NCBI GenBank assembly: GCA_964057225.1
Contig: OZ059895.1
Location: 15,066,001 to 15,130,000 of the forward strand
Length of the DNA: 64,000 nucleotides
Source of the DNA: Auanema rhodensis
Taxonomy: Eukaryota; Animalia; Nematoda
Direction of reading: 5' to 3'
Below the pieces are notes generated by a model. It had not been told where the DNA came from and searched no databases. It saw only the letters and a list, made by a program, of their open reading frames with translations. This document shows positions 47,333-61,115 of the stretch, one piece after another; the stretch's first letter is position 1, and each line of letters starts with the position of its first letter. Made by a program: the position numbers and the translations under genes.

Positions 47333-50300
47333 CTATATATTTCTCCTTAGTTCATTATTTCTATTTGAAATCTTTCATTTCTTATCTCTCTAGACACGCT
47401 CGTCCTCTCATATTTAGTCATCATAGACTTTAGCAAATTTTAATCAGATTGCCTATAATTGGTGTCCCCATTTCTTACCTGATGTCTAACTACCCACCTC
47501 ATTCATACCCTACCGTAACCCGAAAAATCAGAAAACAATTCATATAAATTGCAATTTCTTTTCATAAACATTTCCATGTTATAACTAAAGATGCAATCAG
47601 TTTAATTACAACCTAAAAACCTAACTAAAAGAGAAAAGTAGTAAGAATGTTTCAATCAATTAAAAAAAAATAATTGCAAAAGCTTCCCGTGCTGCTACAA
47701 GCAAGACATGTTGTACACCCCATGCAGACACGTAATTTTGGAAAAAGCAACCATTCATTGCGTATGCAATTAACATAAATGAGCCGTTCTTGTGTGTCAC
47801 GTATATCTCACATGTATGCTAATATTCTCCGTGAAATATTTACGTGACGTGAGTTTATATAGCTATTAAGCGAGTTATAACTGTCTGGAAACATGTCTAT
47901 AAGTCTCATAACATTTTTTTTGGTATTGTTTTCTCTCAAATTTCATTATAAAAATAGCAAATCAACAATTCGTATGAGATATTTAAGTATCTGAATGAGC
48001 ATGAGCAGTAGTAGCAGTAGTAGTAGTACTAGTAGTAGTTTTAGCAGGTTGTAGCCGCCGTCATGGTTGTTATCCAATAATTTTATAAATTATATTTTTA
48101 AATAGATAAAAAAAATACATTTGTAGGATATATATAGCCAATGAGAATCGGTTTATTATTACAAAATACTTAAAAAAAATTTTTTTTTTTAATATTCCTT
48201 CTCTGATGAAGGAAAGGTCGTCATCATTTGTCGTTGCATTATTGTGTGTCTCTCAATTACGTATTATTACCAGTTTATAACTAATTGTTCATCCGAATTA
48301 TATATGCCATACTGCATCTTTAACGTTATTTAATTGACAGGACTTGAGTTGTTATGAGCAGCTAAATGACAGAAAATATGAGATAAATTACTTTAATTCT
48401 CAAAGCCGAATAACTGAATATAATACTTAGCTGGCTTTTACTCATCACAAGGACCGACTTTCAATACTAGCTGTTACTCTCTCTCTCTCTCTCTTACAGC
48501 TTTCTATGACAATCATTGGGTGTGAGTACAGTCTGATCTAGGTGTAGAACACTGAATTCATTGTGCTGATAACGATTGAGCTTGAAATTCGTTGAAGTTG
48601 AGTTATTAAGCTGGATACATCTTCAGTTTGGAACATAATTTGAATACTTTAGTGCTATCGTATGCTCCACTACCTTTCTAAGCAATCGTACATAGCACTG
48701 CATTTCAAGTATGATAATCACTCAACATGTGCTAAGATAGGCAGACATAATCAAACCTAGTATAAGCTTTGCTGCATATTCGCTATAGCTGACTAAGCTT
48801 ACGAGTTGTTTTTACGGCTCTTAATGCTGTATATGGTATGAGAAGCCAGATGTTCCTGAATTTTTCGTTCAATAATACAATTACATATCTATCTATCTAA
48901 TCATTGATGTCGGCTTACATAGCAGTGAAGTAAGTCAATGATCATGCTATGCTCTCCACAATGTACCGCCTAATGAACTTTCACCAGTCATTTGCTATCC
49001 TGAATCCTCCCCCTCATTTTCATAAATGACTCTCCTATCTCTCAAAGCTTATGTGTGTATGATTCCCATAAAGAGAGACAACGAGACAGCTGTTGGCGTT
49101 TTACATGAAATTACCTCCTCATCAACGTCTTAATTCCATATTCCTGCTGTTTCACTTCAGACGTTTCTAAGTAATTTCATGTCAAAATATCCGAATTAAT
49201 TCCCAAAATCCAAAGGCTCCAAACGTGCCAGCAATAACATGACAATGAACTCATTTTCTCTTCCATTTTACAACAAAAAAAATTTATTTTTCAGATCCAC
49301 GTGATGATAGTCAAATCCGTCGATACCGTACAGCCTTTTCCCGTGAACAAATTAATCGATTGGAAAGAGAATTTTCGAAAGAAAACTATGTTTCACGTAA
49401 AACACGTGGTGAACTTGCAGCTGAGCTTAATCTACCTGAAGGAACTATCAAAGTAAGTTTTACAGAAATAATTATTGCTATATAAGCTTTTTGCAAATTT
49501 TCAAGTTTTCATTTAATTATTCAAAAATTTACGTAAAAATGAATATTTGTTACCACCTATCTGCATGAAATGACCTGTGTGTTAGGTTGAGGTTTACGGT
49601 AATGTCTCATAGTGGCTCAGACAAGAGGGAGAGAGGGAGAGAGAGAGAAAGAGAGAGAGTAGAGAAAGAAATCAACCGTAATCTGTGTTCTCTTGCTCTC
49701 TGTAAGTTTGATTAATCTCAAGCTCGAAGCCTAAACATTGAAAAAAAAGTTTAAAACAAACTTCTTCTCGCTCTTCTGTTCTCAAATAAATTTTCTTTGT
49801 TTTTGAACTGAGTAAGTGTAGAATCGTCTTCATATCTTCAATATTTATTATATTATTTTGAATGTTTGTGATACACACATGTTATATGTCACGTCATCTA
49901 TCATAATCTTCATATAACTTGCGGCTTTAGCCTTTTATAGCTACCGTAATCTAACTATTGGTGTAGGAACTTGGGAGGAAGAGAGCAAGAGGCTATAGCT
50001 ATGTTGGCTTGGCTGATGACACAGCACGGGCTTGTCGTTGTCGGCGTTGTCGTCGTCGTCGTCGTCGTTGTTCTCATTTGCCACACCACATATACTCAAA
50101 TACATCATTCAGAGCTGCTTCAAAAGCAATTCTATATAGATACATGTCTCTTATAAAGCTACAGACAGCTTATCCATCGTCATCTGTTTGCTGTTCTTTA
50201 CTTTATATCTTACAATGGGCTCCCGCCATGAAAACTCTTATGCTATAATCAATTTGTCTTCAGGGAATAAGGAGGGGGGGGGGGTGATATACAAGAGCTA

Positions 50301-51100
50301 AAGAAGGAATGATTCCCTGTTTCGGAATGTCTGTCTTCATCTATATCTCTCAATTTGCGCTCTAAATCTCTTTCTCTCTCTCTATCTTTTTCTGTCAAAG
50401 CAACTGAATCAGAGGTCGTTGTCGCTGTCTTTCTCCAGTTCTATTCCCTTTCCTCTCTTCTTCTTTTCTCCCTTCTTCCAACTATCTGAGATGATGAATT
50501 CTTTAGCCTCTTAAATCTATTCTCAATCTATTTCTTCTACTTTACTCTCTTCGAAGAGATTTTTTTCTCTGGGGGAATGCTTTCTCCTAAGCTTCTCATA
50601 TTCAATCTTTCTGTATTTATGAGAGAAAAGCTTAGAACAATAACAATTCTTTAACAATCCCAATGAAACTATAATTCCAAACAAGTTTTTCAAAAAAAAA
50701 AGGAAAAGCCGATGCTCATCTCAACATGCTTCTCATATTTCACGTTTTTTCAGGTTTGGTTCCAAAACCGTCGCATGAAGGATAAGCGCCAGAAGGTTCC
50801 AGCCTTACCATGGCCAGGACTATTCCATCCTCAACTAGCTGCTTATGCTATGCTTGGAGCTGGATCTCCATTCGCTTGTGATATGTGGGCTAAAACAGCA
50901 GCAGCATTCAGCTATCCATCCAGGTAAGCATACTTACATCACAATTCAGCAGAAACATTTGTTATCATTTCAGTCCATTCCTGGCTTCCCGACTTCCAGC
51001 CGGCTTGAGCTTGAGCGATGCCCTGAAAGCAGCAGATGAGGAAAAGCCTGTAAACTTCGCCAGTATGGTAGACTTGACGAGGAATACACAATCTCCATAG
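45385..51100 (+). CDS. vab-7: Even-skipped class homeodomain transcription factor
   Basis: Exons 45385-45420 ([10 protein letters not shown], eh1-like), 45937-46129, 49295-49452, 50754-50923 and 50974-51100. Homeodomain [59 protein letters not shown] is Eve/Evx type. Confidence 0.94.
46792..46822. repeat. (AGTC)n tetranucleotide repeat in vab-7 intron 2
   Basis: About 7-8 AGTC units. Confidence 0.9.
47269..47330. repeat. (CT)n microsatellite in vab-7 intron 2
   Basis: About 31 CT units. Confidence 0.95.
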
Positions 51101-53045
51101 ATAGCTTTCTTAGAGAATATCCTTTCCTTTCTTCGGCTTTAGATGTATCCGAGAGATTCCTGTCATTTGTCATCAGAAAGAATTCCTACTTCCGTTTTGA
51201 ATCCCCCCTCCACCTCCTTCCCCTTTACAGTTAGTTCCTCATAATCATCATTCATTACCAGCATATTCTGCAAATATTCTATTTTCATCTTCTATAGATA
51301 GTAGATAAGCTGAATCAGATGATTAGAAGCCCCACTTCCGTCAACCTGAAAAACTGAAAAATGCTAGTCTTTATCATTCTGTATCATTCCTTTATTCATA
51401 TAATATATTTTATTTGTTTTATTATTCTTTCTACACATACAGTTTGATCAAAAGAGTCTTCTTAAGTTGCTTTCAAGTTTTATACAACTTTCGCACTTAA
51501 TGTTGCAACTTGCGAATCAAACTTTGCACCTTTTTTATATTTAATATAATTATAAACAATATGCTTGTTATATGAATGCTGCTCTGTTTCTTTTGTGCTA
51601 AATTGAGAATCTCATAATGTGTTATTTCATGTTTTTCCTTTTAAGAAACGTTTTACTCTCTCTCTCTATCTTTATCTCTCTCTCTATCTCTTTCTATAAG
51701 TTCGTTTTCCCGCCCAAAAAAAAGTGTTTTTTCAGTCAATCAATTCAAATATTTTAAAGATTATTGAAACACATAATTATAGATTCTGTGCTAATTTGTA
51801 TATTTGCATTGTAAAATTGTATTAAAATTTAATTTTTTTAATAAAAAATTAATATTTCTATTAAATTTATCTGTTTTTTTAAAACTTACTCATTAAAGTA
51901 AGCATAGAAAAAAACCAGTAAAAACCTGTATAGTTCGGAAGACAGATGACTCATAGATGGTCAAGTTTGGAAATACATGATGATATGCGGTAATCTTCAA
52001 AGTATAGTATAGCTAACTGTATTACCAACGTTCTTAAGCTTAACGCCTTACATTAACAATCCATATATGTATAGTTAAGTATATATACGAATGATGTATG
52101 TATAGTTTTATGTAGACATATTACTTGTAATAGTATAGTAAAACTCAAAAAGACAATGATAGATTGAAATTAATATATCTTAGTATGTCTCTCTGTCTCT
52201 CTCTCTTTAGCTCTCTCTCTCTATTATTTAACTATATACATATAATAAATGAAAATGTCTTCATCAAACTTGCTTCAAAGCTTTTGATGAAGATTTAAAA
52301 CATATGACATGTGTAAATCTTGAAGGTCAAATGTCAAATTATTCCTTTGCTGATGCTATAACTACTTGAAAGATCTTAATCTAATAACATACAAATCCTT
52401 TATAATTTCATATGGATGTTAACTATAATAATAAAAATACATAGTTAATTAATTATATATAAATTAGTTGAAAAAAAAAAGTTTTCTCTCGCCTATCTAC
52501 CAAGTATATGCACTATGTATTATGAATAATAAAAAACAAGAAATCAAACCTTATATTCTTTCTTTTCTTATATATATATATGCTATTAACTATATGTATA
52601 TAGTTAATAAAGAATAAATAAATATAGATATATGTAAAATTACCTTTAATATTTGTTTTCTTCTAGATGGACTAGCTACGGCGAATACAACCGCTCTATT
52701 CAATCTGCCAATTAAAAATGATTCAGCTATTCCGTTGTTATGTCACTCAACTACATCTCACGTCATTTTCACGTCAAATATGTTAATTGACATATAAAAT
52801 TATTAATTATAAATAATAATTGAAGTTATACTTAGTTTTATGTCGCATAATACAACGTATAATTGTTTTTTTCCGGAATTTTTCATTTTTTTTTGTCTTT
52901 TTCGGGAAGATTTCATTCTTTTTTTGTAATTTTTTTCAAATAAACTTTATTTTCCATTTTTTTAGACAAAAAAAGTATTTAGAAAGAAGTAGTTAATTAT
53001 ATGAATTGAGAAAGATAATACTTCATAGCCTTGAAGTAATTCAAA

Positions 53046-53327
53046 ATCAGGAATATTAAGCATAAACTGTACATGTATGTTTCACGAGCAATACAACTTC
53101 ACACAGACTGCTTGTAGACCGTTTGGTCCTTTTGAATGAATTATTATCAGGAATATTAAGCATAAACTGTACATGTATGTTTCACGAGCAATACAACTTC
53201 ACACAGACTGCTTGTAGACCGTTTGGTCCTTTTGAATGAATTATTATCAGGAATATTAAGCATAAACTGTACATGTATGTTTCACGAGCAATACAACTTC
53301 ACACAGACTGCTTGTAGACCGTTTGGT
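53046..53327. repeat. Perfect tandem repeat, 100-bp unit, ~2.8 copies
   Basis: Unit ATCAGGAATATTAAGCATAAACTGTACATG...GTTTGGTCCTTTTGAATGAATTATT restarts at 53046, 53146 and 53246 with no visible mismatch. Confidence 0.95.
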
Positions 53328-55953
53328 AATGACAATTGACATAATAATTAGTATATCTATGTTTGAATTATTATATTATATATGTTTATATGGATAATAT
53401 ATAATATTTGATTAAATTTTATTGCTTAATGTGTCCCCCCGTAGTTTCTCTTCATCATCCACAATTTCCTCTTACACTCTCTCTATCCCTCTCTCTTCTC
53501 TATCTCTATTCAAATGAAAGTGATAATTCATGATGGAACGGTATCACCATCAAGAGGTTCCGTTTTCGCTAAACCTCGTCATTATCTGGAATTATGGAAA
53601 TATTCTCTTTTGAAACTAATATAAGAGATAGTTCATTCCATTCAGCACACACCACTACTCTCCTTTCGAGTTGAGAGAAATTTTGATTTCGTTCTCTCCT
53701 TCTCAGTAAAATACAAGACTTTCACCTTTCTTCCTTTCCTCTTCTTTTCTTTCATTTCCTAATTCTTAATTGAAGTTATCTTCCCAATTTGAATGATCTA
53801 TGAAATCTTAACCTAATCAGGTATTGAATGATGTCTTTCTTGCAATCATCCCCCCCCCCTTTCCACCTCCACTCCCATAATCAAGGAGCTTTCCATTGAA
53901 GTTTCTTTATCTCATTCCATTTCCTTAGAAATGAATTATTATCTTCTTTATTCATTTCTATCTTTTGAAAATCTTATAATTACCAATTTTATTATATAAA
54001 ATATAAAATTATTTTGAAGAAAAAAAAAAGTTTGTGAACGATTTGGGTTTGTTCAGAAGCTTTTCTTATCATGATATCCTATTCTTAATCCCATAATACT
54101 CTACTTTAACTTATATTTTCTATATACAACTATTAACTATATCATATAGTAGATCATCATTACCATTATTTTTTCGATCACAGAGATGATAGATGATGTT
54201 GTAACTGGTCATTTCTCTCTCGAAATCTCTTTAAGAATTATAGTTGGAACTAAGAGTTATCATCATCATTACTTGACTATCATAATCCAAAACTAAATTT
54301 CTCACCCTATGCTGGACATCACTAATCTCATTAGATATCAAGGGAGATCATTCTCTTTCTCTCTCTGTCTCTCTCTCTCTCTCTTCTATGAAAGAGGAAC
54401 TCTTTCTCTCTTTGTTATTTTCAAAACTTATCAGTAGAACTGAGTAAAATCCATATAGGAACTTCAAATCAGAGAAAGAAATGAAAGAAAGATTATGAAT
54501 GTGAAAGAGAAAAAAAGAAAATAGTGGAGGGGGGATATAGCCCGCTGTTCGCTCATTCTCCTAATACAGGTCAAGCATTCATCATCCGTTTTCTATTTCT
54601 CCCCTTATCAAGGCATAATGTTGTTTTCAATTTTCCTTTTTTTTTAACCAAAATACTTAACCAACTACATGTATAGTTAGTTAGTTAGTTATATAACCGT
54701 TAAACCTTATTGATTACTATCTATTTCTCTATTAAGCTATTCTGCTTACTTCATTTGACACCATTTCATTCCATATATCGACAGACATATTCCATCTATG
54801 GTTGGCTTTCATGATTGAAATGATATTCCTTATTCAACAGTACCTTCTATTTCTCTGTCTCTCCCTCTTTCCCTCTCTTTCTTCCTCTTTCCCTCTCAGT
54901 CTCTCTCTCTTTCTTTCTCTTTCCCTCTCTCTCTCTATGACTATTTTAGATAATTTCAACTTTATTTGTGTCTTTTACCTTTCTCCATTATTCTTCTTAA
55001 ATCATTAAGGCTGACACCTTTTACGATATTTATTCTTTCTTTTAAAAGTTTGAAATGAGTTGAATGTCATGAAGGACAATTTACGAGGAATCCACAACAT
55101 CTCTCTCTCTCTCTCTCTATTTCCTTATAATAAAGAGAGAGAGAGAGAGAGAGAAAGAGTCTTGACCACCCAGAAAAGGAATCATTTTACCTTTAATGGT
55201 ATCATTCTAATTGTTTTCTACCAGCCAGTTTAACAGATTGATCATCATTTATTCGCATTTTAACTGTGAAAAATGAAATTTATGTTTCCATTAACCATCT
55301 TTGTCCATTCCAATCACCTTGGATTATGTCATCAAAGCTTCTCATCGTCGTTCAAATATTTCCTTTGTTCCATCTCTCTCTCTCTCCCTTCCTCTATCCA
55401 TTCCTCTCTTTTCTGTATATTCCTTATCTACCCATCCCTTCAGGCTAATATGGTTTCTTCTATCGTCAAGAGGTCTTGAAGAAACCCACCAAAACCGATC
55501 CTCTTCTCATAGACGTCATTCACTTTCGCATACTCTTCAAATACTTTTTTCATTGATTTTTAATTCTTTTATTGATTTTTCTTCAAATCAAAGAAAATAT
55601 TATGATCAGCATAGTTAATACAAAGTAAGTATATGTCGTTAACTATATGATATATAGTATACATGTGTATATTCCTTAAAACTTTTTTTATTTTCAAAAA
55701 CATCAAAGGAAATGCTATTTCTTACCACCTCATGAGAATCATCGTATAGATGTAGCTTATCGGTATCGAAAAAGCTATTTGTAAATCAACTAGACACATA
55801 TATGCATTTCCTTTTAAAACATCTCATTTGCTTTGATGTGTGCCGACAAAATGACGTAATTATGAGTATACGGTATGACAAGAAGCATTAAATCTTCGTT
55901 GTACGTAATAACGGAACTGTATCCGTGTCTCATGTTGTCCTCAGAACCTTAAA

Positions 55954-58900
55954 ATGGTAGTCAGATGATTTATGACCATCAATATTCTCGAATCTTAAGA
56001 TCTCTTCCGATATCTTGTAAAACAATTTATTTATTTATTTATCGTTTTTTTAACAGAAAATAACATCTTTGAATGTGCTTAAAGGGATGTCAATGAGGGA
56101 TTGATAGTGATGATTGACTTATACCATTGTTGGAGTTGGAAGGTTTGCACATTTTCAGCTACAACTTTGTTTTCAATTTACAGCCTTATTACAGCATTAT
56201 ATTCTTAATGTTATAGATTTTGGTAGTATTATTATGTTGTTGTACCTGTAATCTATATGCATTTCCTATTGATAATGGATTAGTAGATTCTGAGCTCATT
56301 CACGGTACGAGCATTGTTAAAAACTTGAAGCTCAGCACTCTCAATGCGCTTACCTTCTTCTCTATCAGCCACATGTCTATTATGTATTTCAGAATGTACA
56401 TCAAGTAAAGCTGTTGATCTCCTTCTTATGATAGATGGATCAGGATCTATTGGTGATGATACTTTCCAAAATCAAGTGAGATATGACATGATGATTCTGA
56501 TGATAATCATCAATTTCATAGATCATGTTTGCTATGCATCTGGCTCATCGGCTCAATGTATCCGTCGACGGCAGTCATATGGCTATAATGCAATATTCTG
56601 AATCACCACGTCTTGAATTTGCTCTCAATCAGCATTTTGAACCATCTCAGGTTTATCACATATATCTAATTCAATTAATTATATTTATATTATATATATA
56701 GTTAGAACAAGCGATTCAACGAATATCATACTTGTCTGGAGCCACCAATACCGGTCGAGCACTACGATCAGCTTTACAAATCGGTTTTCAAGGTGCCCGA
56801 GGCGGTGAAGTTCCGAAAGTAGCTGTTGTTGTAACTGATGGTCAAAGTCAAGTATGCATTCAAGATATTATATAGTTCTTTACAAGAAGCTTTAAACAGG
56901 ATGAAGTATCTGAACCAGCTCAACAGTTACGAGAAGCACATGTCATGTTATATACCATAGGTGTTACAAATCTTGTGAATGTTCATCAATTACATCAGGT
57001 AATAAAAGAAAATTAACTTTATAACTATAAATTATAATATTTATATATTTTTTTTATTTTTTACCAACCATTCGTGTCTGTTTTCAAAAATAAAATTAGA
57101 AATTTCACGTAAGTACCACGTAAGCTTTCACGTAAGCTGATGTCAGCTCATGTACGCTACACGTACGCTTGATGTGTGTGCTCACATACACTACTTGTAA
57201 AAATCGTTTTTGGTGTTACATTAAATATAATTATATTAATTATAAGTTTATAGATTACTGGAAATCCAGTACGTGTACTAACTGTTGAATCTTTCGATCA
57301 ATTGGATAAATCTGTGGCTGATTCGTTAACGTGGGATATGTGTAAAACAGAATTTCGTGAGTTCTCTTATTCTTATCTTATTACTGAGAATATTGAGTTT
57401 GCACCTTAACCTAGCTTAGAAACATACACGATATTGCTAGAATCTTATTGAAAATTCATAGACTTCACCTAAGTCTTTCAGCATATATCTCAGATTTCTA
57501 GTATCGAATCTAGGACTTTCAGTAATTTTCACATAAATCTTCAAGTCTTAAAGCATTACCAGAATATTCTTGAACTTGAAATAGCATAAGCTGACTAAAA
57601 ATTGATAATACATTGTATTTTAGGGCCAGGAACACCAGAAATCATATGCGCAGCTGATCGTATAGGTGTTCGTGCATCAACGAAAAAGCCATTTGATGGT
57701 GCAGTGTTTGTAATGGATCATTATCATCAATCAGAGTGTCGGGCTGGTCCTGAAAACTTTCCAGATCCAAAAAGTATTGGTATATCTATACCATTTAATG
57801 CATGTAATGTACATAGATATCGATCGGTAATTTAATCATTTTTTTGGACAAAAATATACGAAATTGTGAATTTTTCAGTTAGAACCGAGAGGAATATACG
57901 TTGAAGTTACTATAGTCTTCATGTTTCATTCAATGTAAGTTTTCAAGTTGATGCTACAACTCTCTCCAGCTCTTTGACAGCTCCTTCCATCCCCCTCTCT
58001 ATTTCTCTCTTTCTTTCTCTCTGGCTCACTCTCTAAAGCTTTAGTTAATATAAAGAGCTATGCAAAGCTCAGGCTTGTATAAGCTGAAGCTTCAAAGTTT
58101 TTATTTCAATTTTACATGATTTAAGCTCTTTCTAGAATTACAGGACTAAAGCTATAATTACTTCATTTTCTGTGTTTAGGTTCATGACAAAAGTTGATCA
58201 AACAGTAAAAGTTCAATGCTTCTATATGGAGGCTGATAAACATGTAACTGTTCCACTTTCAGTCAGGTTTGAATACTTATGGATATTTCGTTTCAAATTA
58301 TTTTGCTTACAGTATGATAACAACGCAATTCCGAGAACAGATCTATCAAATGCCCCAATGTACTTATACACTACGTAAGGGATCACCTGACGGCGAAATT
58401 GTAAAATATGCCACATTGGGTGAAAGCATATATCATCGGTAAATTATTTTTCGTTTTTTACCTAAGCTACGCCGGTCCAGCATAAGAACGCGTTATGTCC
58501 CGATTTAAAGCTTTCTTGAATCGTACATCAAATGGGTGCATCTAAGGAAATTAGCTTCAACTACCACTTTTGCTCATAAGACCCAAAGTTGGAGACTCGA
58601 GTTATAGAATAGCCTCTAGTTTATGAGACTCTATGCCGGAGAATTAAAGTAAAGAACAACCCGAAGCATATTGGTACTGTAGTATGAGATACTTGAAGTC
58701 TTGAAGTAGTAACTTGAAAATAATTGAAGGCTTGAAGACAATTATAAGCTTGTATTGAATTGTTTTTCAAATAAAAATCTAAAATATTACAGATGGGAAT
58801 GTATTGAAGTTGAGAAGAAAGATACATTCGGTATGCTCGTCCATTCATGCTATGTTGATAATGGATATGGTGATCGAGTAGATATTCTTGATTCAAATGG

Positions 58901-59587
58901 GTAAATAATGCTTTTAATATGAAATGATTGAAATATATTGATTAGATGTGGATTGGATGCTGTTCTACTATCCACACCTGATTATGATGCATCTCTTCGT
59001 TTGGCTACCAAGCCTTATCATGTGTTCAAATATGCGGATAAGCCTGTTTTACAGTTTCAGTGTCAAGTATGTTGTTTGAGAGTATTTTGTACCAAATATG
59101 TAACGGAATATAGATAACGTTATGTATCAAATACGATGAAGGATGTGCTAATATCAGTCCACCGAAGAACTGTCCTAAGCTTCGTGGTGAAGATTCTCAT
59201 CATCACCATCATGAGCATGAGCATGAGCATACACATGCACATGATCTGCTACATGATGATCCGCATTTCCGTGTGGTATGCTGCTCTGTGTCTTATAGCT
59301 ATAACCTCAACAACATATCTCGTTTCAGATTCGTTCACATGCATCTGGTGTTGGTACAGTTGATGTATTCACCGGCTCACTAACTATACTCGATTCTCTT
59401 CCTGCTTGCTCAAATGAGGTTACAACCATACCTCATGTCACATTATAATTCTTGTATGTTTCAGGCGCTGTCTCTAAGTTCAATTTTCATTTTAATTCTG
59501 ACAGCCGGTAATGTGCTTATAGCTGTTCTCTCAGTTACTGTCTGGATACTTCTCGTTCAGAAACGTAAAATATCTGAGAAAACATGA
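55954..59587 (+). CDS. cut-6: Cuticlin with VWA domain, ZP domain and C-terminal TM helix
   Basis: Signal peptide then FPIDNG. VWA reads DLLLMIDGSGSIG..GATNTGRAL..GARGGEVPKVAVVVTDGQSQD. ZP reads PGTPEIICAADRIGV..CNVHRYRSLEPRGIYVEVTIVFMFHSMFMTKVDQTVKVQCFYMEA..RWECIE..GCGLD..HVFKYADKPVLQFQCQI. TM helix before RKISEKT*. The ATG is inferred to sit in a micro-exon at 55954-55956. Confidence 0.9.
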
Positions 59588-60493
59588 TAATGATGATGAT
59601 GATGATATGTAGTTATGTATGTAAGTGGGTTTTCCCTCCTTTCATCCCCTTTTTCTCTCTCTTTTCTCTCTTTCACCTTCAATTCGGCTCTTTCGTTTCC
59701 AGTCTATCCTCAGATATCAAGAAATGACAACATTCATATGTGCTTTATGATCTTGTGCTATTCCTTCTTTTTCTATAAAGAAAAACTATTTCTAAATCGT
59801 CTTATACCATATCACGTTGTTTCATTTCATGCTATTTCCCCTAAAATTTCTATTTTTTCCCAAAAAATCATAAATTTCTTCATTTCATATTCCAAAAAAT
59901 TTGATATGTTTACAACAAATTGTTGTAAACATCGTATGTATATTCAACCGCTCTGTTCATTTTCGAAACAACAAATAGGGTGCTGCCATCACGTTTACAT
60001 GAAATTCTGACGTTTTCCACGTGGTCTAATTAGCATAATATATATTTTATATTTGAAAATCATATAGTAGTCATCGTATTTTATTCTTTTTTTTTTTGTA
60101 TTTAAATTCTAGAATATTGTTAGAATTATATTAATTAAATTTATATAAATATATATAATTTGTATAGTAATATAGTAATATTTTATAAATTTGTTTTTAA
60201 ATATAAAGAAAAAAATATTTATTTCATAATAATATTACTTTATAATAATATTTAAAAGAAGAGAAACTGTAATAGAAAAATGAATAGAATTCATGCAGTT
60301 TTCTTCAAAAATTGAAATTCTTGAATAGCAAGTATGTTAGCTATAGTAGTAAGTGCAGAAGAGCAAGAGGAAATAATATAAAAACTGAACACATAAACTA
60401 CTTACATCATATGAAATCTATTATATGAAAATGAAATTAAAATTGATTTTGGATTATTTTAAAACGCAGATCGTGGACATGAGGACTTCCGTC

Positions 60494-60609
60494 TTATAGC
60501 ATTATATCTTCACTGCGTCGTACACCGATCGGTTGATATTCACGTTGATTTGGACGTTTACGGTAAGCCATAACAACTCGTTTGAACTTCTGAAAAGTAT
60601 TTCTTCATA

Positions 60610-60644
<35 letters not shown>

Positions 60645-61083
60645 ATAGAAAGAGAGCGAGAGAGGTGTGTTGTTGTTGTTGTTGTTGTTGTGGTTGGAAA
60701 ATCAAAATAAGGAATTACCTCAGTTGGTGTCTGTCCACGTGCTCGATAATATTTATAAAGAGCAACAGTAGGTATGGCTGCTGCAGCTGACAAAGCAAAG
60801 AATACTCCGACAATATTCGCTAAAGTTGAATATTCATAATCCTGATAGGTTAATGGCTTATAGTTAACGAATGAGGATAGAATCATTGTCTGAAAATGAT
60901 GATTATATAGCTTTTGGTTGTTGTTGTTGTTGTTAATGTGGTTACCAGCAAGAATATTGGAGCTAAGATAGTCCAGCATACTCTCCAGTAAATTCCAGGC
61001 TCAAAGCCAAGCATCTCTTTGATGTCAGCAGCGAATTGTTTGATACCTAAACGAATAAGTAAGATAAGAGAGAGAGAGAGAGA

Positions 61084-61115
<32 letters not shown>

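Noticed and set aside
53046-53327. CRISPR-like array
   Set aside because: Units are contiguous and identical with no spacers; eukaryotic context and no cas genes.
56208-56216. ATG TTA TAG as stop-codon readthrough or a variant genetic code in cut-6
   Set aside because: The TAG is better explained as a splice acceptor; other genes here use TAG as a normal stop (vab-7, the Gly/Tyr-rich peptide).
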